Below, piece after piece: positions 1 through 13,082 of a stretch of DNA of 64,000 bases (position 1 is the first letter of the stretch; each line of letters opens with the position of its first letter). The translations under genes were made by a program, and so were the position numbers. The notes below the pieces were generated by a model, which made no database searches, was not told where the DNA came from, and was given only the letters and a program-made list of their open reading frames with translations. The stretch spans positions 8,494,001 through 8,558,000 of the forward strand of contig OX597836.1 of NCBI GenBank assembly GCA_951406725.2, in the 5' to 3' direction. Source of the DNA: Octopus vulgaris (Eukaryota).

Positions 1-50
1 ATGTATATGTATACACACAAACATGTATAGTTACTTCTCTATATACATAT

Positions 51-103
<53 letters not shown>

Positions 104-125
104 TACATATATATATATACATATA

Positions 126-170
<45 letters not shown>

Positions 171-506
171 TTGTATATGTATGCACGTTCGTATGCAAAT
201 GTGAGCGAACCCCACCACACACACATCACACATCTATATTATATATATGTATATTGTCTTTATGTATATATGCATATGCACACACATACATAGACACATA
301 CATACATACATACATACATACATACATACATACATACATACATACATACATACATACACGCATATATAAATGAAGAGACAGAGAGAGGGAGACAGACAAT
401 CCGATAGATAGATCCATCAATCCATCCATTAATCCACCCATCCATGCATACATACATACATACACATACATAACATGCTCACATATCCACTTATATCCCA
501 GTCCGC

Positions 507-590
<84 letters not shown>

Positions 591-859
591 GCACACACAC
601 TCGCACATGTACACAGACAAATAGAGCATGTTACATTTAGACACGAGTCTACTCGATATAAAATACCGACGAGAGACAAAAATCCAATGTTTGTTTTCCG
701 TAACGGAGAGACTGCGCCATATCACAATTTATCACTCTGGGGTCAGTTGGCTCCGTTGCCAGCCATGCCACACACAATCGATTGCTACTCACTCCATATT
801 CCTAAACAGCAGCATGTTAGAATATGCAGTTATTGACATAAATTTACTCTAATGCACTT

Positions 860-907
<48 letters not shown>

Positions 908-990
908 ATTAGAGTACTTATATATATATATACATATATATATGTGTGTGTGTGTTTGTGTGTTTGTGTGTGTGTGTTTGTGTGTGTGAA

Positions 991-1302
991 GGCGCATGGC
1001 TCAGTGGTTAGAGCGTCGAGCTTACGATCGTGAGGTTGTGAGTTCGAATCCGGGACCGGGCTGCGTGTTGTGTTCTTGAGCAAGACACTTTACTTTCACG
1101 TGGCTCCAGTTCACTAAGCCCGACATCACTGGTGCCAAGGTGTATTAGTCTTTGCCTTACCTTTGGATAGCATCATTGGTGTGGGGAGGGGAGGCCGCTA
1201 TGCATGGGCGACTGCTGGTCTTCCATAAACAACAACTTTGCCCAGACTTGTGCCTGGGAGGGTAACTTTCTAGTTGCAATCCCTTGGTCAGTCATGACCG
1301 AA
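991..1302 (+). mobile_element. tRNA-derived SINE, family D (this window's label), near full length
   Basis: Head ggcgcatggctcagtggttagagc...gagttcgaatcc has Pol III A/B boxes, followed by gtgttcttgagcaagacactt (CORE-like). A homologous copy lies on the minus strand at 28145-28445. Confidence 0.8.
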
Positions 1303-1350
1303 CATATATATATGTGCATATATATATATATATATATATGCATATACATA

Positions 1351-1767
1351 GGCGTAGGAGTGGGTATGTGGTAAGTAGCTTGCTTACCAACCACATGGTC
1401 CGGGTTTAGTCCCACTGCGTGGCACCTTGGACAAGTATCTTCTACTATAGCCTCGGGCCGACCAAAGCTTTGTGAGTGGATTTGGTAGACGTAAACTGAA
1501 AGAAGCCTGTCGCATATATGTATATATATGTGTGTCTGTGTGTGAGTGTGTATAAGTTTGTGTGTCTGTGTTTATTCCCCCAACATCGCTTGACAACCGA
1601 TGCTGGTGCGTTTACGTCCCCGTAACTTAGCGGTTCGGCAAAAAATAGACCGATAGAATAAGTACTAGGCTTACAAAGAATAAGAACTTGGGTCGTTTTG
1701 CTCGACTAAAGGCGGTGCTCCAGCATGGCCACAGTCAAATGACCGAAACAAGTAAAAAAGTAAAGAG
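1351..1767 (+). mobile_element. tRNA-derived SINE, family A, full length with internal (TA)n(TG)n tract
   Basis: A box tggNtatgtgg, B-box-like ggtttagtccc, CORE-like ggcaccttggacaagt, and 3' end gaaacaagtaaaa. About 20 copies or fragments in the window. Confidence 0.88.
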
Positions 1768-2056
1768 TGTATATAAGTACATACATAGAAACTCGTATAC
1801 ACACTGTACACCGATACAATATTTCGTTGTAACTATTGGTTTCGAGATTATATTTATATTATATTTATATTATATTAATGTAACTTTCATTCTTCCCAGA
1901 TTATTCCTTTGGAAATAAAATAATCTCCTCACCACGTGATGTATTGTTATTTTTGCAGTTAGTGTTGTTGTGTTTCTTGTTGTTATCCTTCTTATTGATT
2001 TGTTGTGCTTATTGTTATTGTGTTCTTAGTTCTGATTGTTGTTTACGATAACATTT

Positions 2057-2099
2057 TACTGACGAGCAGAACAATAAACCATTGAAACGATTGTAAGTA
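2057..2099 (+). ncRNA. decayed minimal hammerhead ribozyme motif
   Basis: ta-ctgacga...gaaa-cgattg-ta-agta. Core boxes and a near-palindromic stem III are present, but stem I overlaps the core and stem II is weak. Confidence 0.35.
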
Positions 2100-2516
2100 C
2101 GTTTTATGTTTTTTTCAAATCATCTGCATTTATTTGGGGTTTTTTTTTCTTACAATATTTTCTGCGTCAGTCAGACACAAATGTTTGTCTGTCTTTTCGT
2201 CTCTCACTCTCACTCTCACGCCCCTTCTTTCTCTCTTTCTTTCTGTCTTTCCTTCTTTCGTTCTTTCTTTCTTTCTTTCTTTCTTTCTTTGTCTATATAT
2301 TTACGAATATTTAAATATATATATGTATGTATGTATACATGTGTATATGTATGCATATGTGTGTGTGTGTATGTATGTATGTATATATATATAAGTACAT
2401 ACATATATATATATGAGTATATATATATTTATATACACGTAAAGATACACAGAAATATTTACATACATATCTGTATACATGTGTATATGTATGCATATAT
2501 ATATATATATAAAGTA

Positions 2517-2570
<54 letters not shown>

Positions 2571-2601
2571 TTATCTATCTCTCTCTCTCTCTCTCTCTCT
2601 G

Positions 2602-2634
<33 letters not shown>

Positions 2635-2639
2635 GTAAA

Positions 2640-2676
<37 letters not shown>

Positions 2677-3023
2677 ATGCATGCATGCACACATCACGCT
2701 GTTCTATTTAACAGTCATTCATACTTCTTCTACATAGATGTCGCCACTGTTTTATTTCACTTTTTCATTTCATTATTTCAGCTGAGTCTTTGTTTTCAAA
2801 TTTGAAAACTGTCGTCTGCTACAACTTGCTACTTTCTTACTTCAGCATCTCCTCCTACACCTTCCACCCCAAAACCATTTCTATGTGTCAGGCCTCTCCT
2901 CATCTGTCTACGCTTTTATCCATGGTGTCTAACTGTCGTACTGCTTAACTTCATACATAAATGTGTGTGTGTGTGTGTATGTGTGTTTGTTTGTGTGTAT
3001 ATATATATATATATATATATACA

Positions 3024-3499
3024 CTCTTTTACTTGTTTCAGTCGTTTGACTGCGGCCATGCTGGAGCACCGCCTTTAGTCGAGCAAATCGACCCCAGGAC
3101 TTATTCTTTGCAAACCTAGTACTTATTCTATCGGTCTTTTGCCGAAACGCTAGGTTACGGGGACGTAAACACACCAGCATCGATTTCAAGCGACAAAAAC
3201 AGAGATACATACATACATACATACATACATACATACATACATACATACATACATGTATGTATCTCTGTTTTTGTCGCTTGAAATCGATGCTGGTGTGTTT
3301 ACGTCCCCGAAACCTATATATATATATACATATATACGACGGGCTTCTTTCAGTTTCCGTCTACCAAATCCACTCACAAGGCTTTGGTCGGCCCGAGGCT
3401 ATAGTAGAAGACACATGCCCAAGGTACCACGCAGTGGGACTGAACCCAGGACCATGTGGTTGGTAAGCAAGCTACTTACCACACAGCCACTCCTGCGCC
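3024..3499 (-). mobile_element. SINE family A with internal inverted duplication
   Basis: Reverse complement of family A; 3254-3316 is an inverted copy of 3151-3215. Confidence 0.88.
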
Positions 3500-3673
3500 T
3501 ATTTTCTATTTTATTAATTTATATTTTTCTTTATTTTACTTTATTCCTCATTACAATCTAATCAATCAGTTAACCCTTCACCCGCTTATCATAAACTCAA
3601 AATGATAAATCATCGTATTTAATCTGGTGGTATGAACTGATAGGTCGGCATGTAACATCTTCAGACATCTTTT

Positions 3674-3769
3674 TTCTCTGTTGAAATAATCCTCATAGCA
3701 TATTAATGCAAATTTAATGCACAAATTTGTAATTCAATTATTGAGTACGAATGGAAACGGCTGTAAGAA
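3674..3769 (+). ncRNA. hammerhead ribozyme-like motif, long stem II, core variant CUGUUGA
   Basis: ttct-ctgttga-(~70 nt)-gaaa-cggctg-ta-agaa. Stem I ttct/agaa, near-palindromic stem III, GUA triplet. Confidence 0.5.
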
Positions 3770-3943
3770 CTAAAGATTACAAATTTCTTAATAATATATA
3801 ATTATCAACTTTTAACTCTCCATGTTCTTTCGTTAATTTAACTAGATGTGGACTATATCCTTAGTGTATTAATACTAGGTATCGAAATGGTATTCCCTTG
3901 GATGTAACGAAGGGAAGGATGTAGCAAGGGGAGGTGACATATC

Positions 3944-3989
<46 letters not shown>

Positions 3990-3992
<3 letters not shown>

Positions 3993-4185
3993 ACCTCGTG
4001 AATACCACCGGCAATTTTTTTCCTCTGTCTTCCCGTCTCGGGATCTTTCCTTCACCTTGTTTCCGACGAAGAGCTCCGCTCGAAACGTCAAACCCTCCTT
4101 CTTCCCTTCTTTCCTGAGCGTCCAATAATACTTTATTTGTTCCACATCCTTGCGTTGTTGTCTTTTTGTTTTCTTGTTTGGATTA

Positions 4186-4188
<3 letters not shown>
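3990..4188 (+). mobile_element. ~200-bp non-coding hammerhead-bearing mini-element inside (TA)n
   Basis: Flanked by (TA)n on both sides; homologous to the minus-strand copy at 21796-21960. Confidence 0.75.
4059..4093 (+). ncRNA. minimal type I hammerhead ribozyme (U4C substitution)
   Basis: gttt-ccgacga-a-gagc tcc gctc-gaaa-cg-tc-aaac. Stems I and II pair, palindromic acgt stem III, GUC triplet. Confidence 0.65.
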
Positions 4189-4233
<45 letters not shown>

Positions 4234-4404
4234 CATACATATATGTATGCATGTATATGTGTGCATATATATATACATATATATCTATATCTATTTACCT
4301 TTCTGTGAAACAAGGTGGAAAAAAGAGTACTCAAATTCCAAAGGTAGAGTAATATGCTTTATTTAAAAGCAGTAGAAATATAACAAAATATAACAAGTAA
4401 AAGA

Positions 4405-4469
<65 letters not shown>

Positions 4470-4564
4470 AACACACATATACACACATACACATATATTT
4501 GTGTATGTGTGAGTGAGTATGTTTGTATGTATAAATATATATATATATGCATTTATGCATGAAT

Positions 4565-4625
<61 letters not shown>

Positions 4626-4658
4626 TATATATATATATATATACACATATATATATAT

Positions 4659-4690
<32 letters not shown>

Positions 4691-4700
4691 GCATACACAA

Positions 4701-4742
<42 letters not shown>

Positions 4743-5241
4743 GATTGTTTGCGTCATTCGCAACCACCTTAAACATCAATATTCAGCAGTCTGGTATTTA
4801 TCAACTCCAATTACAACAAACAATATACACGCATTGTTTCCCGCTCTACACACCCAATTATATACACACAGCCGCAAAAGAAACTGGCGCATGCATTCTG
4901 CCGTTCTCGAAGTTTGTACTTTATGCTGTTTGCAACTGAGATTGATTTTTGCATCTTACAGTACACACATGCACACACTCACACACACCCACTCACACAC
5001 TCATACACACACACACAGAGCTTATTTAGGCTGATCCAATGACCTATTACTCTGGATCTGCCAACATAATAATCCGTCACTCCGCATTTTCGGAATTGAA
5101 TAGCATTTCCTCCTGTTCCTGAAAAACTAACGAATACACGCGCGCGCGCGCGCACCCCTCCAGCCCCCCCACACACAGAGGCACACGAACATGCTTACGT
5201 ATTGTGCATCAAAATAATACATCTTGTCTGTCGTTCCTTCA

Positions 5242-5290
<49 letters not shown>

Positions 5291-5293
<3 letters not shown>

Positions 5294-5440
5294 AATGACT
5301 TGCTTACCAACCACATGGTTCTGGGCTCAGTCCCACTGCGTGACACCTTGGGCAAGTGTCTTCTACTATAGCCTCAGGTCGACCAAAGCCTTGTGAGTGA
5401 ATTTGGTAGACGGAAACTGAACGAAGCCTGTCGTATATAT

Positions 5441-5527
<87 letters not shown>

Positions 5528-5732
5528 AAGTATATGTTTGTGCCCCCAACAACGCTTGACAACCGATGCTGGTGTGTTTACGTCCCCGTCACTTAGCGGT
5601 TCGGCAAAAAGACACCGATAGAATAAGTACTAGGCTTACGAAGAATAAGTCCTGGGGTCGATTTCCTCGACTAAAGGTGGTGCTCCAGCATGGCCGCAGT
5701 CAAATGACTGAAACAAGTAAAAGAGTAAAAAA
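5291..5732 (+). mobile_element. SINE family A
   Basis: Matches family A across both halves, with internal (CA)n(TA)n(TG)n. Confidence 0.87.
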
Positions 5733-5798
5733 GTATATACTTGGAAATAGATGTGGCGCGTTCAATTAAAAATAAATAAATAAATAATATAATATAAC

Positions 5799-5833
<35 letters not shown>

Positions 5834-6131
5834 ATATATATTTACATATATGTATATACATGCATATATGTGTATAGGACGTCACCAACGGTGCAAATAA
5901 CATGAAATACATAAACAACGAGAAGAAAATGGAAAACAGGACAAGTAAACACAGAAAAAGGACCCTTCATCAGTTGGCGGCTGTCCATCTACTCCTCATT
6001 TCGAGCATTATATAAGTGCGTATAAAGATGTATATAAACATGTAAGTGCACCACTCTTTATATATTTATGAATATATATATTGATGGTTTCAAAATTAGA
6101 AAGAAACACGTTTAATCTTATTCCTGGAGAT

Positions 6132-6200
6132 CAGTGTTTCCCAACCTATTCCCCGCCCAGGCCCCACTAACCCCCCCCCATCGGTGGTTGGAAAAAAATG
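6132..6200. mobile_element. possible tiny hAT-type MITE remnant
   Basis: Imperfect terminal inverted repeats cagtgtttcccaacc...ggttggaaaaaaatg. Confidence 0.3.
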
Positions 6201-6214
6201 TAGGTGTAGTAAGT

Positions 6215-6366
6215 TTACTCTTTTACTTGTTTCAGTCATTTGACTGTGGCCATGCTGGAGCACCGCTTTTAGTCGAGCAAATCGACGCCAGGACTTATTC
6301 TTTGTAAGCCTAGTACTTATTCTATCGGTTTCTTTTGCCGAACCGCTAGGTAACGGGGACGTAAAC
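6215..6366 (-). mobile_element. SINE family A, 3' half
   Basis: Reverse complement of the family A 3' segment. Confidence 0.8.
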
Positions 6367-6367
6367 C

Positions 6368-6776
6368 CAGTTGAGCATGTCCCTTGGTGGCTGACGATTT
6401 GTGCATCTCTGATCACAGCAGAAGTAGTGGGGGAGCATCATAGCCATGTATTGAGGGGGATTCTTTGGGGTTTGGATAATTCACCTCTGGAAATATGGGT
6501 GTCTCGGTCAACATCCTTAAACAATCCTTATTCAGGGACCTTTTGAGTGGACTGGGTTACTCGACCTGAAGAAAATTCTAATTGGGCCCCCACCTGCAAG
6601 GTCATGCGCTGTTAATCTTGATATGAGATCACCATGTCCTACCCATACGGTTATGATGCATGTACCTGGTGTACCCTTATCAGATGGGTGGTCATGATGC
6701 GTATACTGGGCTTCGAATATTTTTCCCCAGTGTCACATTGATGGCATGCACTGCTCTCTCACTCAATAATGATAAT
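6368..6776 (+). mobile_element. interspersed repeat, probable retroelement 3' region ending in an (AAT)n tail
   Basis: The terminal tggcatgcactgctctctcactc-aataat recurs inverted at 60133-60154, abutting a long (TAT)n. Confidence 0.5.
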
Positions 6777-6945
6777 CCTTTCTACTATAGGAACAAGACC
6801 TAAAATTTTAGGGGTAGAATATAGTCGATCATCGACACCAGTACTCAAATGTCACTTAGTTTATAGACCCCGAAAGGATGAAAGGTGAAACCGATCTCAG
6901 CGGAATTTGAACACAGAACGTGAAGACGGACGAAATACTGTTATA
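6777..6945 (-). mobile_element. SINE family B, diverged
   Basis: ccccgaaaggatgaaagg...ggaatttgaac matches the family B reverse complement. Confidence 0.7.
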
Positions 6946-6984
6946 CAATTTACCCGATTCTGCAAGTTCGCCGCCCTCATCACC

Positions 6985-6985
<1 letters not shown>

Positions 6986-7062
<77 letters not shown>

Positions 7063-7160
7063 GTTTCGAATTTTGACTCAAGGTCAGGAATTCTGGGGGC
7101 AGAGGACTTGCCGATTACATGGTCTGCAATGTTTAACTGGTACAAAGTCTACTTTGGCGG

Positions 7161-7218
<58 letters not shown>

Positions 7219-7347
7219 GAAGAATAATAAGAAGAATAATAATAATAAGAAGAAGAAGAAGAAGAAGATGAAGAAGAAGAAGAAGAAGAAGAAGAAGAAG
7301 AAGAAGAAGAAGAAGAAGAAGAAGAAGAAGAAGAAGAAGAAGAAGAA
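6986..7347. repeat. compound trinucleotide microsatellites (AAT)n(GAT)n and (AAT)n(AAG)n
   Basis: Seen directly; the two tracts are separated by a decayed SINE B tail. Confidence 0.95.
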
Positions 7348-7545
7348 GGGACTAGTCAATTACATTGACCCCAGTGTATCACTAGTACTTAATTTATCGA
7401 CCCCGAAAGGATGAAAGGCAAAACCGACCTCGGCGGAATTTGAAGTCCATTTTACATTAGTCATAAGGTCTGAAATTTCTCGGTGGGGAACGGACAAGTT
7501 GGTTACATCGACGTCAATGCTCGACTGATGCTTATTTTAGATATG

Positions 7546-8373
7546 TGCGCAGGAGTGGCTGCGTGGTAAGTAGCTTGTTTACCAACCACATGGTTCCGGG
7601 TTCAGTCCCACTGCATGGCACCTTGGGCAAGTGTCTTCTACTATAGCCTCGGGCCGACCAATGCCTTGTGAGAGGATTTGGTAGACGGAAACTGAAAGAA
7701 GCCCGTCGTATATATGTATATATATATCTTTATATATAAAAGTGAAGTTGTGTGTCTGTCTCCTACGATTTAGATTCCTAACTACTCCCACATTTTGCGG
7801 TGCAGTTTAACCAAAACCGGGTATCTTATAGTCGTGATTCATATCGAGCCCTTCTGGGTATTAGCGCGCGTCTACGATGAGTCTACGATTAAAAAAAAAA
7901 TACCATAATTTTTCCCCATTTTAATGCATTTTTCGCTATTATATAAGGGAAGTAACTCTCTAAAAATGTCTACGATGAGTCAACGATTTAAAAAAATATT
8001 TACCATCATTTTTTTTCCATTTTTAATGCATTTTTTGCTATTTTTTGGCTATAACTCTCTAAAAATGCTCATATAGTTATTTCCCTTACAAACCCGAGCA
8101 ACGCCGGGCGATACTGCTAGTATATATATATATATATATGTGCATGTGTGTGTTTGTGTGTCTGTGTTTGTCCCCCTAGCATTGCTTGACAACCGATGCT
8201 GGTGTGTTTACGTCCCCGTTACTTAGCGGTTCGGCAAAAAGAGGCCGATAGAATAAGTACTGGGCTTACAAAAGAATAAGTACCGGGGTCGAGTTGCTTG
8301 ATTAAAGGCGGTGCTCCAGCATGGCCGCAGTCAAATGACTGAAACAAGTAAAAGAGTAAAAGAGTAAAAGAGA
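7546..8373 (+). mobile_element. SINE family A interrupted by a Helitron in its internal TA tract
   Basis: 5' half ends at ~7708 and the 3' half resumes at ~8140. Confidence 0.87.
7727..8120 (+). mobile_element. non-autonomous Helitron (~394 bp)
   Basis: Starts TC and ends CTAG, with subterminal hairpin cccg-agcaacgc-cggg (8093-8108). Inserted between A and T. Internal ~98-bp tandem subrepeat (tctacgatgagtc...ctctaaaaatg). Confidence 0.8.
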
Positions 8374-8518
8374 GTGTGTATATAAGCGCGTGTACTCGTT
8401 TCTGATGAATCTATACACATAAGGAAGCACTTTCATAGTCTCAAAATAAACTACACCTCGAACGTTAATGGTAATGTCCCTCCCGGATGAAGGCCCACAT
8501 CCATAACTACAGGAGGAA

Positions 8519-8896
8519 GCACTCCGTCGGTTACGACAACGAGGGTTCCGGTTGATCCGATCAACGGAACAGCCTGCTCGTGAAATTAACGGATAAGTGG
8601 CTGAGCACTCCACAGACACGTGTACCCTTAACGCAGTTCTCGGGGATATTCAGCGTGACACAGAGAGTGACAAGGCTGGCCCTTTGAAATACAGGTACAA
8701 CAGAAACAGGAAGTAAGAGTGAGAGAAAGTTGTGGTGAAAGAGTACAGCAGGGATCACCACCATCCCCTGCCGTAGCCTCGTGGAGCTTTTAGGTGTTTT
8801 CGTTCAATAAACACTCACAACGCCCGTCTGGGAATCGAAACCGCGATCCTACGACCGCGAGTCCGCGGACCTAACCACTGGGCCATTGCACCTGCA
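8519..8896 (-). mobile_element. tRNA-derived SINE, family C
   Basis: Minus-strand head caatggcccagtggttagg...ggtttcgattccc (A/B boxes); homologous to 38197-38548 and 63479-63772. Confidence 0.85.
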
Positions 8897-9259
8897 TCAA
8901 TAACTACAATAATACTATTGAAAACAATTGGATATAAAATAAATACACTTGAATTATAATAGCAAAAAAAATACCTGACAAAATATTTTTCTCGTCTAAG
9001 GGAAATAACTCTACTGAAAAAGTCGGAATTATTTCCCCTGAATTTTTTTTTTAAAGGTTTGCGTTTCCTCATCAATGTTCAGTTTTTTCCTTTTCTTCTT
9101 CAGCTGTAATATTGAACTAATGTGTATTCCGTTGCATCTGACAATTGGTTTATACATGCATTGGTTTATATACATACACACACACACATACATATATACA
9201 CACACATATATATATATTCATATACATATATACACACACACACACTGACATATATACAT

Positions 9260-9322
<63 letters not shown>

Positions 9323-9339
9323 TATATACATATGCGTAA

Positions 9340-9376
<37 letters not shown>

Positions 9377-9481
9377 TATACATATATGTATATACACACA
9401 CACACACACACACACACATACACACATATATATATTTCGCCATGATAGATCGCTAGCCACTAAACACACACACAGATACAT

Positions 9482-9630
9482 ACGACGGGATTCTTTCAGT
9501 TTCCGTTTACCAAATCCACTTTTGTGGCCCGAGGCTATAGTTGAAGACACTTGTTCAAGGTGCCACACAGTTGGACCGATCCCGCAACCATGTAATTCGA
9601 AATGATGCTTCTTACCAAACAGCCACGCCT
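9482..9630 (-). mobile_element. SINE family A, 5' half, diverged
   Basis: ttctttcagtttccg...ccgaggctatag...acagccac. Confidence 0.7.
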
Positions 9631-9792
9631 ATATATATGTACTCTTACCTTACTGATGTGATCCAGAGACTACCGGAAGGAAGTAATATGGAAATCTGGT
9701 GCCAATGAAAGTCGCAGAGTCAGGTGTCTGAGAACATCATGATCTTTGGCCGGCGATGAAGTTACCCGAAATGTCCCCAGCATAACGCGTTT

Positions 9793-10720
9793 ACACATAC
9801 ATACATGCATACATACAAACATACATACATACATACGTACGTACGTATATACATACATACATACATACATACATACATACATACATACATACATACATAC
9901 ATACATACATACATACACACATACATACATATATACATACAAACATACATACATACATACAAACATACATACATACATACGTACGTACGTATATACATAC
10001 ATACATACATACATACATACATACATACATACATACATACATACACACATACATACATATATACATACAAACATACATACATACATACAAACATACATAC
10101 ATACATACGTACGTACGTATATACATACATACATACATACATACATACATACACACATAGATACATATATACATACAAACATACATACATACATACATAC
10201 ATACATACATACATACATACGTACGTACGTATATACATACATACATACATACATACAAACATACATACATACACACATACATACATACATACATACATAC
10301 ATACATACATACATACATACATACATGCATACATACATGCATGCATACATATATACATATATACATACATATACACATACACACATACACACATACATAC
10401 ATACATACATATATACATGCATGCATACATACACACATACATACATACATACACACATACATACATACATACATACATAAATACATACATACATACATAC
10501 ATATATACATACAAACATACATACATACACACATACACACATACACACACACATGCATACATACATACATACATACATACATACATGCATGCATACATAC
10601 ATACATACACACATACATACATACATACACAAATACATACATACACACATACATACATACACACATACATACATACATACATACACACATACATACACAC
10701 ATACATACACACATACATAC
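9793..10720. repeat. ~930-bp (TACA)n microsatellite with higher-order variants
   Basis: Seen directly; recurring gtacgtacgtatat at 9837, 9981, 10109 and 10221. Confidence 0.95.
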
Positions 10721-11116
10721 AAAGCTTATGATAGTGGTTCCCAAACTGTTTCGGGCTGCCGCCCCCTGTGACACCCAGGTCACATTCCTAGTGCCCCCAC
10801 CCCAACATGGACCTCTTTCTGAAGCCAATTCAAAGCAACTCTATTTCACACATAAAACTAATGAACTCAATATTTTCTCAGTTTTACATGACTCGCCACC
10901 TCATTATCGCTCCACTTTTCTTCAAAGCGCCCTTGTCATTGTGAAGCAGTAGTCCAGAGGAAAAAGTTCAGTTCTTTGTATGTCTTATGAGATGTTAATC
11001 TGTTATCTTTTATTTTTTTGTGAGCTAGCTGCTTTTGTTTTACGCCCATAATTTATTTAGGAATAGGCTTTGGATGATATGAAACTTCAAGGTTTTTTTT
11101 TCTAGTTTCAAAAACT

Positions 11117-11462
11117 TTACGCATGTGCGAAAAACGCCTGATGAGTTCTTGAGCTTCGTCGTTTAATTTTGCAATGACCAGAGTTTTGACTATGGTTTTA
11201 AAGTGTATTTAGCCTATAGGTAGAATAGCGTTTTGTAATATGAACTTCCTATCGTGGTAACATTTGGAAATAAGCTCATTATCTATGAATTACGCGTGTG
11301 GGAAAACACTCGATGAGTTCTTTAGCTTCGTCGATTAATTTTGCAATGATCGTAGCTTTGACTATGGTTTTAAAATGTATTCAGCCCATAGGTAGAATAA
11401 CGTTTTGTAATATGAACTTACTTTCGTGGTAACATTTGGAAATAAGCTCATTATCTATGAAT
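11117..11462. repeat. 173-bp direct tandem duplication (2 copies)
   Basis: ttacgcatgtgcgaaaa...attatctatgaa at 11117 repeats from 11290 with scattered substitutions. Confidence 0.9.
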
Positions 11463-11585
11463 TCATTAAGTTAAAAGGAAGCATCAGTATGAAAGTAATG
11501 TAAGTATTTAGATTTTAGAAAATCACATTTGGCTAGGACCATGATACTTATCATATATGTCTGTATATTAGAATAAAATCTATAG

Positions 11586-11624
11586 TTGTGTGAAAAAAGT
11601 TAGAAGCGAAACTCGGAGTAACAA
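11586..11624 (+). ncRNA. decayed minimal hammerhead motif
   Basis: ttgt-gtgaaaa-...-gaaa-ctcggag-ta-acaa. Stems I and III fit, but the CUGANGA box has two substitutions. Confidence 0.3.
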
Positions 11625-11859
11625 TGAGAGAAAATTATATACTCTTAAATGCTGCTATTATTATTGCCAATGTCACTTGGGTCTTTCATTGTTCAGAGAT
11701 TGGTAAAAATGAGGTACCAGTGAAGTTTTAGGGGTGGAGGGTATCGGCTAACTCCTCCCATAAATAAAAGCCAATGACTTTGCATCAGAATTAGAAAGGA
11801 TTAGGGTTTTTATTGTTGTTGCTGTTGTTATAATCATTATCACCGCCGTCGTTGTTGCT

Positions 11860-12025
11860 ATTATTATTATTATTATTATTATTATCATCATTATTATTAT
11901 TATTGTTGTTGTTGTTGATGATGATGATGGTGTCACCATTCTTCTTCTTCTTCTTCTTCTTCTTCTTCTTCTTCTTCTTCTTCTTCTTCTTCTTCTTCTT
12001 CTTCTTCTTCTTCTTCTTCTTCTTC
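11860..12025. repeat. compound (TAT)n/(GTT)n/(GAT)n/(CTT)n microsatellite
   Basis: Seen directly. Confidence 0.95.
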
Positions 12026-13082
12026 GTTGCAGACAAAAATATATGTTGTTTACATCTCGCTGCTTTCTTCGAAGAAAGAATTTTCTCAATGAAATAGATT
12101 TTAGCTATCAAAATTTTTCGCACACAGATAACTTCCTAAAATTCTCGATCATCCCCCCCACCATCATCACCACCGCCCCAGTCCGCGCTGTAGGGGTTGT
12201 CAAAATAATAATAATAGCAATAATGATGATGATGATGATGATGATGATGATGGTGTTGATGATGGTTATATTTTTGGCGAAAATTATTTTTCCCTTTCTT
12301 TTCACTGGCATTAAAAAAATAACTATACGAAAATTTCACGCCACCCCCACAAAAAGGAAACGGAAAATGTACAAAATAACACATTTTACAAACAGGGGGA
12401 AAAAAATTACTGTTTTAATTGCAGCGCAAAATATTAATAGTAACCACGAACAGAAAGAAAATATTAACATTTTAACATCGAATTTAAACATACCGAGTCA
12501 AAATCTTGTCAACAACAGTATCTATAAAAGTATAGGCGTACAGCATTACGGCAAATGTGTATGGAAACCGAACGCTTTTCTTCGCCAACGTTATATTTCT
12601 TTTACAAATCTCTTGATATGGAATATTTGGTTGAAAGAACGAAAGCTTGATAGCATTTTCTATACAAGGCGCCGGCTGGACGATAGTCCATGATAGAGGC
12701 ACGCGAGAGAGAGAAAGTAACTTATCTGTGCTTTGCTAAGCGCTCCCCACGAGCACACGTTCGTGAGATGGTTGTGATCTATAATCAGTTCTGTGTAGGA
12801 ACCGGAAAGAGAAGTATGAAGGTGCAATGCTTATATGCACACTGAATTCGTAAAACGGTAGAAAAGAATATGAACGCAATTCGCATGTCAAAATGAAACG
12901 GAAGAGAGGAATAAAACACAAGTTATATGATGGTCTGCATGTCACGTCTGACACGTCGGATCACGCAGCTTTGTTGCAATTTTCTTGACTTCGTTTGCTT
13001 CTTCAAGAGTGGGAGACAACTCTGGCAGTTATTTTATGTGAAATCTTCTTTAATGAGAAAGGACAGGTTAATGGCACGATAT

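Noticed and set aside
991-1065. tRNA genes at SINE heads
   Set aside because: A/B boxes are present, but each head continues into a repeated SINE body and lacks a proper acceptor stem and terminator.
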